This document shows positions 9,780-19,122 of a DNA stretch of 64,000 nucleotides, piece by piece. The first letter of the stretch is position 1. Each line of letters opens with the position of its first letter. The DNA comes from Flavobacteriales bacterium (lineage in GTDB: Bacteria; Bacteroidota; Bacteroidia; Flavobacteriales_F; PHOS-HE28): the NCBI GenBank assembly GCA_041747675.1, contig JBGTES010000024.1:8426-72425 (forward strand). Direction: 5' to 3'. The position numbers and the translations under genes are program-made. Under the pieces are notes generated by a model that ran no database searches, was not told the DNA's origin, and worked only from the letters and a program-made list of their open reading frames with translations.

Positions 9780-11786
9780 TCAGAGCACGGTGATCTCCGT
9801 ACGCCGGTTCAATGCGCGTCCCTCCTCGGTGTCGTTGGTGGCGATGGGCTTGGTGCGCCCGTAGCCTTTCGCGATGATCCGGACGCCATCGATGCCATTG
9901 GCCATGAGATGGTCGCGTACCGCCTGGGCACGCCGTTCACTCAGGGCCATGTTGGCCTCATCTTTTCCCACGCTGTCCGTGTGCCCACCAAGTTCGATGC
10001 GCAGGGTCGGGTTGGCCTTCATCAGTCCGGTGAGCTTGGATAGTTCCGCATTGGAGGCGGGCAACAGCTCATGGCTCGCGGTGTTGAAGAAAATGTTGCG
10101 CAAAGCGATCGCGCTGCCCTTCACCAACGGACTGAGTTTCACTTCCAGCGTGTGCGGAGCATCCACCGCACCATCCGGTACGGCGTAGGTCTCCGAATGG
10201 AAAAGGTAGCCTTCTGCCCCGGCATTCAGCGCATAGTCGCGGCCGACAGGCAGGCATACAAGGAATTCGCCGGTCTTGGGATCGCTGTAAGCGGCAGTGG
10301 CGAGTTCACCGGTCATCAGGTCATACAGCTCCACATCAGCCTCCAATGGTGCCCCGGTCAAACGGTCGCTCACATGACCGCGGATGTAGGTCACTGGCAG
10401 AGGCCGTGCTTCCGGGTACAATTCAAAACTGTAGAGATCAAGATCACCGAAGCCTCCGGGGCGGTCGCTGGCGAAGTAGGCTACATCTCCCGCAGCGCTC
10501 ACCAAAAGACTGTTCTCATCCGCACCGGTATTGATCGGGTAGCCCAGATTGAGCGCCTGTCCCCAGCTACCATCCTTCTCCTTTCGGCTTACATAAATGT
10601 CCAGCCCGCCCATGCCGGGATGACCGTTGCTGCTGAAATAAAGCGTGCGACCGTCGGGGTGGATCTGCACGCTTTCTTCCTGGAATGGCGTGTTGATGTT
10701 GGGTCCGAGCTTCTCGGGTGGGCTCCAGCTGCCGTCGTCCCGCAATGAGGTCCTGTAGATGTCCGTATCGCGCACGCCATCGCGCGCCTGCACGCCACGC
10801 ACGAAGTAGAGCGTGCGGCCATCGCTGGCAAGGCTGGGCTGACTCTCCCAGTGACGGCTGTTCACCGGTGGCCCCAGGTTTTCTGGCGGGCTCCAACGCT
10901 CTCCCACGCGGCGGCTGATGAAGAGATCACAGCTGCCCAAGCCCTTGCGGCCTGTTCCATAGGTTCCATCGGCATATGCGCATGCGGTGAAGATGATGAA
11001 GCGGCCATCGGGCGACAGCGTACCGGCGCCCTCGTTGCGGTCGGTATTCACAGATGCGATCCCACGCGATGGCCCCCATGCGTCATCCTGGCCCCGGTGG
11101 CTCACAAAAAAGTCCTCCTGCTGACCCGCCCGGATATCCTCGGCCTTGATCCTTCGCGTGAAAAGCAGCGTACGATCATCCGCGGTGATGCAGGGATAAT
11201 ACTCCGGATCGGCGGTGTTCACCCCCGGGCCCAGGTTCAATGGCTCGAAGGGCACGGGCTGCTGGATGGCCCGCCTTGCGAAGGCGCAATTGTCCAGGCC
11301 CATGCGTGCGCGGGTACGGCGCTGCGGATCCAATTCTGTTTCCATGTATGCCGTGTAATTGCGTTCGGCATCATCATACCTGCCGTTGCGGAATTCAAGA
11401 TCGGCCAGGTGCAACTGGGCGGAAGGATGGAAGCGCGGTGCGATGGCCATAACCTCCTTGTAACGCGCGATGGCCTCTTGATCCCTACCCTGATCGCCAA
11501 GTAACTCGGCCAGCATCAAGCGCGGTTCCACAAAATGTGCATCCGCCTCGGCCGCTTTGGTGAATTCTTGCTGGGCACAGTCCGCATCGCGCTGCCGCAT
11601 GCAGTTCACACCTGCCTCGTAGTGCTTGAGCGCCTTTTTATCCTTGCTGGAATAGCCACCAGGCTGCGCGAAAGTTGGCAGGGTGGCCAGGATGAATAGC
11701 GCCAGCCATCCAAGGGAGGCACCGCTGGGCCATGCGAGAGAGATACAGGTTGTGCGGAGCGGTGCCGGGGTCAGACGGCGCCCCAA
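9780..11786 (-). CDS. OmpA family protein with TPR and PD40/TolB-like beta-propeller repeats
   Basis: C-terminal OmpA domain (LGGHTDSVG...NRRTEI), repeated SPDGR/HPDGR PD40-like motifs, N-terminal TPR. Start uncertain: the track ORF (to 11966) overlaps queE. TTG 11786 (before the signal LGWLALFILATLPTFAQ) is preferred, or GTG 11804. Confidence 0.8.
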   Translation of the reverse strand: MGRRLTPAPLRTTCISLAWPSGASLGWLALFILATLPTFAQPGGYSSKDKKALKHYEAGVNCMRQRDADCAQQEFTKAAEADAHFVEPRLMLAELLGDQGRDQEAIARYKEVMAIAPRFHPSAQLHLADLEFRNGRYDDAERNYTAYMETELDPQRRTRARMGLDNCAFARRAIQQPVPFEPLNLGPGVNTADPEYYPCITADDRTLLFTRRIKAEDIRAGQQEDFFVSHRGQDDAWGPSRGIASVNTDRNEGAGTLSPDGRFIIFTACAYADGTYGTGRKGLGSCDLFISRRVGERWSPPENLGPPVNSRHWESQPSLASDGRTLYFVRGVQARDGVRDTDIYRTSLRDDGSWSPPEKLGPNINTPFQEESVQIHPDGRTLYFSSNGHPGMGGLDIYVSRKEKDGSWGQALNLGYPINTGADENSLLVSAAGDVAYFASDRPGGFGDLDLYSFELYPEARPLPVTYIRGHVSDRLTGAPLEADVELYDLMTGELATAAYSDPKTGEFLVCLPVGRDYALNAGAEGYLFHSETYAVPDGAVDAPHTLEVKLSPLVKGSAIALRNIFFNTASHELLPASNAELSKLTGLMKANPTLRIELGGHTDSVGKDEANMALSERRAQAVRDHLMANGIDGVRIIAKGYGRTKPIATNDTEEGRALNRRTEITVL

Positions 11787-11800
11787 CTGCCAATGCTTGC

Positions 11801-12460
11801 TCACGGGATACCGAGATACTTGTGTGTCTGCAGGGAGATGCGCCATTCCGGATGAGCTTTCACATGTTCCACGATCAGCGGGGTCATGGTCTCCCGCCTG
11901 TCCCATTCCGGTTGCAGATAAAGTGCACAATTTGCGCCCACCTGCGCGGCGTGTTCCCCGGCCCATTTCAGATCGTGTTTGTTGTACACCACCACCTTCA
12001 GTTCATGTGCGGCCCTATGGATCCCCGGCAGCGGTGCTTTGAACTTCTTCGGGCTCAAACAGATATGGTGCCATTCGCCGGTGAGCGGATGGGCGCCGGA
12101 GGTCTCCAGATGTGTACGGAACCCCGCAGCGCGCAGTGCCATTGTCAATGGCCCAAGGTCATGCATCAAGGGTTCACCACCAGTGACCACTGCGATACGA
12201 GGGGGCTGGGCCGATGCTTCGGAAACGATGTCGTTCACTGTCCATTGGGGATGCGCCTCCATGGGCCAGCTATCCTTCACATCGCACCAGGTGCAGCCCA
12301 CATCACAGCCTCCCAGGCGGATGAACCACGCGGCCTGCCCGGCGAAAAGGCCTTCCCCCTGGATGGTGTGGAAGGACTCCATCACCGGCAGGTCCGAAAA
12401 AGGTCGGATGGTGCCGGCAGGCAGCGGCAACGAAGGATCGGCGGGGGGAGGAGCGCTCAC
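11801..12460 (-). CDS. queE: 7-carboxy-7-deazaguanine synthase QueE (radical SAM)
   Basis: LPVMESFHTIQGEG...FIRLGGCDVGCTWCD (QueE CxxxCxxC variant with inserted residues). Start ambiguous: GTG 12460 gives the expected N-terminal extension before the LPxME motif; the nearest ATG is 12382. Confidence 0.85.
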   Translation of the reverse strand: MSAPPPADPSLPLPAGTIRPFSDLPVMESFHTIQGEGLFAGQAAWFIRLGGCDVGCTWCDVKDSWPMEAHPQWTVNDIVSEASAQPPRIAVVTGGEPLMHDLGPLTMALRAAGFRTHLETSGAHPLTGEWHHICLSPKKFKAPLPGIHRAAHELKVVVYNKHDLKWAGEHAAQVGANCALYLQPEWDRRETMTPLIVEHVKAHPEWRISLQTHKYLGIP

Positions 12461-12917
12461 GCAGGGACAAAAAAAGCCCACACAGGACCGAAGTGCAAAG
12501 AACCCATGTATCACATGAGCGGGTCGGACAGAAAGGGGTCAGTAATCCGCGTTGTGCCCGTAGGCATCACCGGCCGAAGCTGGTGCGCGGCCCGCCTTTG
12601 CCCTTTGGATCTTCCGACCCTGAGGTCGTAGTGTTGGTTCAAAGACTTATGGCCTGTGTGGGCTGTAGGTTGAACAGCTTACGGCTGTGAAAGAACGGAG
12701 CGTGGGTACGAATGTAACATATGCGCAGGCGACCGTGTGGTCATGTGCTCATATGAACATATGCTCATGTGATCATGCGGCCGAGAGCGAGCGTTCTGAG
12801 TTGCGTCCCGCCGCAGTGCTTCGGTCCGGTGCTGAGGTGAAGGCATGCATGCCTGAGTGAGCAACATGGGCACATGGTGCGACGGACTTGCGGGTGGGAC
12901 CATATGGTCACATGCCC

Positions 12918-13460
12918 CTACCCCTCCCCTTTCTGCCCTACGAAGTGGTCCTCCTTGTCCTCGAAGAGGATGTTGAACGTGGTGAGCGATCCGTAGCAAC
13001 GGGTGATGTATTGCTGCAACTCCACCTTGTCCTGCTCGCTTAGCTTGGGGTGCGCGTTGACCTTCTGCTCCAGCACACGGAAGCGGTCGCGTATCATCAC
13101 GATCTTGTGGAAGAAGTCCTCAATGGGTACTTCCTTGCTCTTCAGCGCGGGATCCCGGGGTTTGATCTCCAATGATCCGCCTTCGTATTTGCCGGCCATT
13201 TCCACAGGACGCTGGGGCATTTGCATTTCCTCCAGGACGGTGCGAAGTGCTTCCTCCACAGCCTCCATGTCCAGTTCCGCACCGGGGAGTTCAGGTCCGG
13301 GTGCGATCACCTCCAGGCCCTGGAAACTGCGGCTGATGGGTTGGTCGCCATGCTCACTGAAAAAAATGTGCATCGTGCGCCCGTCCATGTCATAGACCAC
13401 ACCCTTGCCCATCGTCGGGTGCTTCACCCGTGCGCCGATGGTGACCGTGTACAGTTCCAT
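12918..13460 (-). CDS. hypothetical protein (180 aa), co-directional with the upstream Gre-like gene
   Basis: Clean ORF in high-GC codon usage, 7 bp downstream of the GreA-like gene. No family recognised by eye. Confidence 0.55.
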   Translation of the reverse strand: MELYTVTIGARVKHPTMGKGVVYDMDGRTMHIFFSEHGDQPISRSFQGLEVIAPGPELPGAELDMEAVEEALRTVLEEMQMPQRPVEMAGKYEGGSLEIKPRDPALKSKEVPIEDFFHKIVMIRDRFRVLEQKVNAHPKLSEQDKVELQQYITRCYGSLTTFNILFEDKEDHFVGQKGEG

Positions 13461-13467
13461 GGATCGA

Positions 13468-13926
13468 TCAGCAGATGTCCTGGATGTGGTACGCTACCTC
13501 ATTGAAGCTGACCGTATCGCCCTTGCCATGGCCGGTGAGGCGCTGGATCAGCGGGGCACGGGTGGAAACGCCGAGGTAGCGCTTGCCGCCAGCGTCGAAT
13601 TCCTCCAGGCTGGCGGCGATCAGGAAATTGCGCTGATCGGTATGCACCACGGCACCATACTGGACCACATCAAGCTTCACCGCCGGATCGATCAGGTCCA
13701 ACTGCTCGATGTCCCGCAGGGTATGCTCCAACTGTTCGCCGAGCGATAGCATCAGCTCGACGTCCGATCCGCGGGTACTTTCGGTCTGGCTCGCACTCTC
13801 GGCATTGTCGTCGCCGATGGTCACGGACTTCAATTCTTCGATCCGGTCGCGTAGTTCGGAGGCGGTAGCGTCCAGGCGGGTGCGTGCCGCCTTCAGTACG
13901 CTGCGTTTGAGCGCGGTGTGGTCCAT
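13468..13926 (-). CDS. GreA/GreB family transcription elongation factor-like protein (Rnk-like paralog)
   Basis: C-terminal FKBP-like Gre domain: RYLGVSTRAPLIQRLTGHGKGDTVSFN aligns with GreA ISVNSPIARGLIGK..DDVV. N-terminal coiled coil has an acidic loop but lacks the canonical GDLxENAEY motif. ATG at 13926 (MDHTALKRS). Confidence 0.6.
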   Translation of the reverse strand: MDHTALKRSVLKAARTRLDATASELRDRIEELKSVTIGDDNAESASQTESTRGSDVELMLSLGEQLEHTLRDIEQLDLIDPAVKLDVVQYGAVVHTDQRNFLIAASLEEFDAGGKRYLGVSTRAPLIQRLTGHGKGDTVSFNEVAYHIQDIC

Positions 13927-14036
13927 GGGAAAGGGTGTGCGTATGGCCCTAAGGTAGTGTGTGGGGGGCAACCATGCATATGACCGATGCCAGTTGGCTT
14001 CCAAAGGGCGCGGCGCGGTCCGCTTAGCTTTGGCCC

Positions 14037-15626
14037 ATGGAGAAAAATATGCGCATTCGCCTGCGGCACTTGAAGCTCGATGATTTCCTCGCCCTGCGCG
14101 AATCGATGGTGAAGGCCTATCCCGACATGGATTCCGCCATCTGGCGCGAGGATCACATCCGCACCCTGATCCAGATCTTCCCCGAAGGCCAGTTGTGCGT
14201 TACCGTGAACGGAAAGGTGGTCGCCGTGGCGCTGGCCATCATCGTGGATTACGACCTCTATGGCGACGAGCATACCTACAAACAGATCACCGGCAACTAC
14301 ACGTTCTCAACCCACGACCCCGAAGGGGATGTCCTTTACGGGATCGACATTTTTGTCGACCCCGACCACCGGGGCATGCGGCTGGCGCGCCGGCTGTACG
14401 AAGCACGCAAGGAACTCTGCGAGCGGCTCAACCTCCGGAGCATCGTGGCCGGTGGACGCATCCCCAACTACGCCGATCATGCCGACAAGCTGAAGCCCCG
14501 GGAGTACATCGAGAAGGTGAAGTTGAAGGAGATCCACGACCCCACCCTCTCCTTCCAGCTAAGCAACGATTTCCACGTGCTGAAGGTGATGCAGGGCTAC
14601 CTGGCCGGCGACACCAGCTCGATGGAATACGCCACGCTGATCGAGTGGAACAACATCTACCACGACAGACGACCCAAGATCGCCGGGCGTGCCAATGAAG
14701 TGGTGCGGCTCGGACTGGTGCAATGGCAGATGCGCTCGTTGCCCGATCTGCAGGCCTTGTATGACCAGATGGAATTCTTCGTGGATGCCATCAGCAGTTA
14801 CCAGGCCGATTTCTGCCTGTTCCCGGAACTGTTCAACGCTCCACTGCTGGCCGAATTCAATCACCTGGACGAGGCGCGGGCCATGCGCGGATTGGCCCAG
14901 TACACCGAGCCTCTGCGCGACAAGTTCATCGAGTACGCGATCTCGTACAACGTGAACATCATCACCGGCAGCATGCCCTGGGTGGATGGTGAACATCTGA
15001 AGAACGTGGGCTACCTGTGCCGCCGCGATGGCAGCTGGGAGAAGTTCGAGAAGATCCATATCACGCCGAACGAAGTGCAGTACTGGGGCATGCTGGGCGG
15101 CAATGAGGTGCGCGTGCTGGACACCGACTGTGGCAAGATCGGTGTGCTCATCTGCTACGATGTGGAATTCCCCGAACTGCCGCGCCTGCTGGCCTTGCAG
15201 GGAATGCAGATCCTCTTCGTGCCCTTCCTTACCGACACCCAGAACGGCTACATGCGCGTGCGGCGATGTGCCCAGGCACGTGCCATCGAGAACGAATGCT
15301 ACGTGGCGATCGCCGGCAGCGTGGGCAACCTGCCGAAGGTGGAGAATATGGACATCCAGTTCGCACAAAGTGCGGTGTTCACCCCCAGCGATTTCGCCTT
15401 TCCAACGAACGGGATCAAGAGCGAGGCCACACCCAATACGGAGATGACCCTGATCGTGGACGTGGACCGCGACCTGCTGAAGGAACTGAACGCCCACGGC
15501 AGTGTACGCAACCTGCGCGACCGGCGCAGCGATCTGTACCGGCTGGAATTACGCCAACAGCCCGATGCGGAGAAACGGCGGCGCAGTGCTGCGAACCGAC
15601 CGGTGCGCAAACGGCCTACTGGATAG
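14037..15626 (+). CDS. bifunctional GNAT N-acetyltransferase / carbon-nitrogen hydrolase (nitrilase superfamily) protein
   Basis: N-terminus has a GNAT acetyl-CoA motif (IFVDPDHRGMRLARRLYEA). C-terminal half has CN-hydrolase E-K-C signatures (FPELFN..., GVLICYDVEFPE). Uses a TAG stop at 15624-15626. Confidence 0.85.
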   Translation: MEKNMRIRLRHLKLDDFLALRESMVKAYPDMDSAIWREDHIRTLIQIFPEGQLCVTVNGKVVAVALAIIVDYDLYGDEHTYKQITGNYTFSTHDPEGDVLYGIDIFVDPDHRGMRLARRLYEARKELCERLNLRSIVAGGRIPNYADHADKLKPREYIEKVKLKEIHDPTLSFQLSNDFHVLKVMQGYLAGDTSSMEYATLIEWNNIYHDRRPKIAGRANEVVRLGLVQWQMRSLPDLQALYDQMEFFVDAISSYQADFCLFPELFNAPLLAEFNHLDEARAMRGLAQYTEPLRDKFIEYAISYNVNIITGSMPWVDGEHLKNVGYLCRRDGSWEKFEKIHITPNEVQYWGMLGGNEVRVLDTDCGKIGVLICYDVEFPELPRLLALQGMQILFVPFLTDTQNGYMRVRRCAQARAIENECYVAIAGSVGNLPKVENMDIQFAQSAVFTPSDFAFPTNGIKSEATPNTEMTLIVDVDRDLLKELNAHGSVRNLRDRRSDLYRLELRQQPDAEKRRRSAANRPVRKRPTG

Positions 15627-15635
15627 CAGTTTTTA

Positions 15636-17348
15636 TCACCGCACCCGCATCAGCGGGTACAGACGGTAGCCCGGCTCGTGATAGGGCGAACGCTTGTATA
15701 CCCACTCCAACTGCGCACGCGCATCAGTTGCGAAGGCGGGATCCCTGGCCTTGCGCTCTTCCAGTGCCCGGCGCATCGCAGCATCCTTACCAAGCAGGTC
15801 CGCCGCGATGTCCTCGAACACGTAGCTGCTGAAGTACTCCTTCTGCTGCAACACGCTGTCGAAGTAGCCCCAGGCGAAGAAGCTGTCTGAAGCGCGCGGC
15901 TCCAGGATCTCCATCACCAGCCGGTCCGTGGCGTGGCCCATGGGTACCAACACATCGCCGGGTTGAGCCTCGAAGGTGCCGGACTCCATCTCCGTGGTGA
16001 TGTCATAGTGCAGGTACCGGCCTTCGTAAGGTGAACGTACCGTGCTGAAGTCCACGATGCGCTCGTATTCCACCGGGAATGAGGTGCGTTCCCGGACCAC
16101 CTCCATTGGCACGCCATCCCGTTCCAACCGGTCGATCACTTCGTGCCATGCCTGCGGGATCAGGTAGGCCTTGGGCTTCTCGATGGTGAAGGCCGGGGTG
16201 AAGCGGTCCATCCACGGCACAACGGTGTCGGTGGGCTGCGTACGGTCATAGTACAGGCGCGGCATGCCACTGACGACGCTGGGTCTATGGCTTGCACGGT
16301 AGCCCTTCCACGGCAGTTGTTCCACGTGTGTGGTATCCAGCGTATAGTTGAAACCAAAGGACTGTGCATCCGCCGTGTTGCGCCGCGCTTGTTCCCGCGC
16401 TCTCGCCAGGCCCTCCCCTTCCCGGTCCAATACGGCCAGTGTGGCGAGCATCAGTTGGAAGGTGGCGTTCACCCGATCGGCGTAGGGCTTCAGCATATGC
16501 GTTTCGCTGAGGATGCCGATGCGGTCGCATAGTCCCGCATGTCCCGTGCTGTAACGCGGCCCATCGAGGAAACCCTCAAGCCCTTGCTCCGGGAAGTCCT
16601 TCACCGTCTCGAAATATGGACACATCAAGTGTCCGCGCTGGTCCATCCATTCGTAAAGGCCAGGCTTCAAGGAAGCTGCCAGGTAACTGCGCAACGCGGG
16701 GTCCATCCTTTCCGGGTGCGTAGTGAGTAGTTCCATCACGTACTGATGATCGGCGCCATTGCTCACATGCGTTTCGAAGTAGATGTCGGGATCCCAGTGT
16801 TGAAGTGCCTTCAGCAGATCACGGGTGTTGCGTGCATCGGCCTTGATGAAGTCGCGGTTCAGGTCCAGGTTGCGGGCATTGGCACGGAAACCATATTCCT
16901 CAGGGCCGTTCTGGTTGGCGCGGCTGTGGCTGTTGCGCTGCTGGGCACCGCTCACGTTGTATACCGGTACGATGCACACGGCCGTATTGACCAGCAGGCC
17001 CATGTATTGGTCGCTGTGCAGCAGGGCGCGGGCCAGCAGCAGACTGGCATCCACTCCATCAGGTTCGCCGGCATGGATGCCGTTGGTGATCCAGAGGATG
17101 CGCTTGCCCGCTGCCCGTAGACTGTCCGGATGTGGCGCGGTACCGTTGTGCAGGATGAAGAGGTGGATGGGCGAGCCGTTGTCATCGGCACCCAGCACAG
17201 TGAGCGTGGCGCCGGTGTGCGCATCAGCCAGTTCGCGGAACTCCCCTGTCGCCTCGGCCCAGGTGGGTGTGGTGGTGCCGGTGAATATCCATTGGGGATG
17301 GGCATTGACCGAGAGGGCGATCCCAGCGACTATGGATGCGATCCGCAT
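15636..17348 (-). CDS. M14 family zinc carboxypeptidase (secreted)
   Basis: Signal peptide MRIASIVAGIALSVNA. HAGEPDG zinc-binding motif and ETHVSNGADHQYV region typical of M14. Confidence 0.8.
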   Translation of the reverse strand: MRIASIVAGIALSVNAHPQWIFTGTTTPTWAEATGEFRELADAHTGATLTVLGADDNGSPIHLFILHNGTAPHPDSLRAAGKRILWITNGIHAGEPDGVDASLLLARALLHSDQYMGLLVNTAVCIVPVYNVSGAQQRNSHSRANQNGPEEYGFRANARNLDLNRDFIKADARNTRDLLKALQHWDPDIYFETHVSNGADHQYVMELLTTHPERMDPALRSYLAASLKPGLYEWMDQRGHLMCPYFETVKDFPEQGLEGFLDGPRYSTGHAGLCDRIGILSETHMLKPYADRVNATFQLMLATLAVLDREGEGLARAREQARRNTADAQSFGFNYTLDTTHVEQLPWKGYRASHRPSVVSGMPRLYYDRTQPTDTVVPWMDRFTPAFTIEKPKAYLIPQAWHEVIDRLERDGVPMEVVRERTSFPVEYERIVDFSTVRSPYEGRYLHYDITTEMESGTFEAQPGDVLVPMGHATDRLVMEILEPRASDSFFAWGYFDSVLQQKEYFSSYVFEDIAADLLGKDAAMRRALEERKARDPAFATDARAQLEWVYKRSPYHEPGYRLYPLMRVR

Positions 17349-17415
17349 GGCGAAAATGGGTGACCGCCACCGTCCGGTGACCGGCGCATGGAAGTGACCA
17401 AGATCGGAAGGGCGT

Positions 17416-19005
17416 TCAGTTGAATGTCACCGTCCCGAACCGGTGTGTCTTCTTCCAATTCGCGTAGATGAACAGGCGGTCATCCCCGATCTGGACCCCG
17501 GCCTTGGGGCGTGTGATGGCTTCACGTTTATCCTGGGCCAGAAGTGCTTCGCGGAACACATGCCCCTCACTATTGATCGTGGCCAGGGTGATCAGCATGT
17601 CCTTGCCATACTTGAATTGCTCCACCTTATCGCCGGGTTTGAGGAAGAGGTTCTTTCCGCTGTCGTTGAACATCAGGTGGAGGTGATCCCCTTTCACCGT
17701 CATTGCGAACGAGGAGTAACGGCCACCATCGTTGGTGCTGTGTTGGCGTTTGGGCACTTTTGCGGCCCAGTCGATGTTGCCCTGCGGATCGACGTTCACC
17801 ACGATGATGTCGTTGTACACATAGTGGTAGATGGTCCGGGTGGTGGTACGGCCATTGGCGTCCGTGGTGGTCACCGTGGTGATGTAGAAGCGGTACTGTT
17901 CACCCACCATCACGGCACCGCCATCATCGCGTCGCACGATATCGCGCAACTCGTAGTTGTACATCTCCACGTCCTCCCCCTTCTTGTCGGCCTTCTTCGT
18001 GGCCTTCTTCTCCTCCTTCTCGGTCATGTATTCGGTGATGAAGTCCCGATCGAATTCCTTGAAGCTGGAGTGGATGATCTGCTTGCTGTTGCGGTCCAGA
18101 CGCAGGAAGAAGGTGCCACTGATGGCGAAGCTGCCCTTGGTCCCATAGAATCCTCCGCATAGGATGTCCCCTTCGGTGCCGATGTTCAACGTGAGGTCCT
18201 GCAGGAACTTGTCGGGCACGGCGATGGTATGGTCCTCAGGATCGTCGCGATCGGCATGGTAGATCAGCAGGTGATACTCATAGGTGGCCTTGCCATCCTT
18301 TTTCAGTTCCCTGGCCTCACGCTTCTCAGCGTACTTGTTCCCGATCATCAGTACCGTTCCATCATCCATCACACGCGTGGATTCCACAGAGAATTCGACG
18401 TCGCGGTAAGGCAGGTCCACCTTGCGATCCCACATCGGGTTCATATCGCTGTCGAACACCTTCAGGCTGAAACGCTCCATGCCTTCCTTTTCCGGGGGAA
18501 CGGACTGGCTGATGAGTACGGCCTCTTTGTCCGGAGATATCCGGACGAGGAAGCCCCCTGCGTTCCGACGCTTTTCCGCATCGATGGAAGCCAGGCGTTG
18601 AGCCCTCCCTTTGGGCTTCATGTCGACCTCATTGAACACACGCAGGAACAGTTTATTCGCCTTCTCCTTCTTGTCGAAGAATGTGGTGAACACCAGGATC
18701 TGGTCGCCAAAGACGACCACCTCCTTCAAGCTGTGTTCATCCTTGTCCATGGTAAGCGGGATGAGCTTCTGGTAGATCACCTTATGCCGCCCATCCATCT
18801 TGCGCAGGAAGATCTCCTTCTTGTGATAGACGGTCATGTACACATGGTCGTCCGTGAAACCTACGACCTCGTCGAATGCGCCATCCTTGTTATCGTTCAA
18901 CTCCTCACCCCAGCTGACCGAAGCCCGGTCCGTCTTGGTCTGTGCATGAACGGCGGGTACCAGCAGGCCAAGGCTAAGCCCTGCAAGAAGTAATGTCAGT
19001 CTCAT
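17416..19005 (-). CDS. hypothetical secreted protein (~530 aa)
   Basis: ATG 19005 gives MRLTLLLAGLSLGLLVPAVHAQ signal. Long ORF with coding periodicity. No family recognised. Confidence 0.55.
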   Translation of the reverse strand: MRLTLLLAGLSLGLLVPAVHAQTKTDRASVSWGEELNDNKDGAFDEVVGFTDDHVYMTVYHKKEIFLRKMDGRHKVIYQKLIPLTMDKDEHSLKEVVVFGDQILVFTTFFDKKEKANKLFLRVFNEVDMKPKGRAQRLASIDAEKRRNAGGFLVRISPDKEAVLISQSVPPEKEGMERFSLKVFDSDMNPMWDRKVDLPYRDVEFSVESTRVMDDGTVLMIGNKYAEKREARELKKDGKATYEYHLLIYHADRDDPEDHTIAVPDKFLQDLTLNIGTEGDILCGGFYGTKGSFAISGTFFLRLDRNSKQIIHSSFKEFDRDFITEYMTEKEEKKATKKADKKGEDVEMYNYELRDIVRRDDGGAVMVGEQYRFYITTVTTTDANGRTTTRTIYHYVYNDIIVVNVDPQGNIDWAAKVPKRQHSTNDGGRYSSFAMTVKGDHLHLMFNDSGKNLFLKPGDKVEQFKYGKDMLITLATINSEGHVFREALLAQDKREAITRPKAGVQIGDDRLFIYANWKKTHRFGTVTFN

Positions 19006-19122
19006 GATCGAAGTGCTTGTGGGTAAGGGGTTGAAGATATCAGGATCTGGCGAAGAACGTTCGGGTGCCAAGTGATGGGCGACACCATCCGGATCACCCC
19101 TTGATGTTCCCGGAACCCTGCA

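Noticed and set aside
12679-12999. 106-aa His/Met-rich minus-strand ORF
   Set aside because: Composition is an artefact of the CATATG/CATGTG motif array. It has no start context or coding periodicity, so it is treated as non-coding regulatory or RNA sequence.
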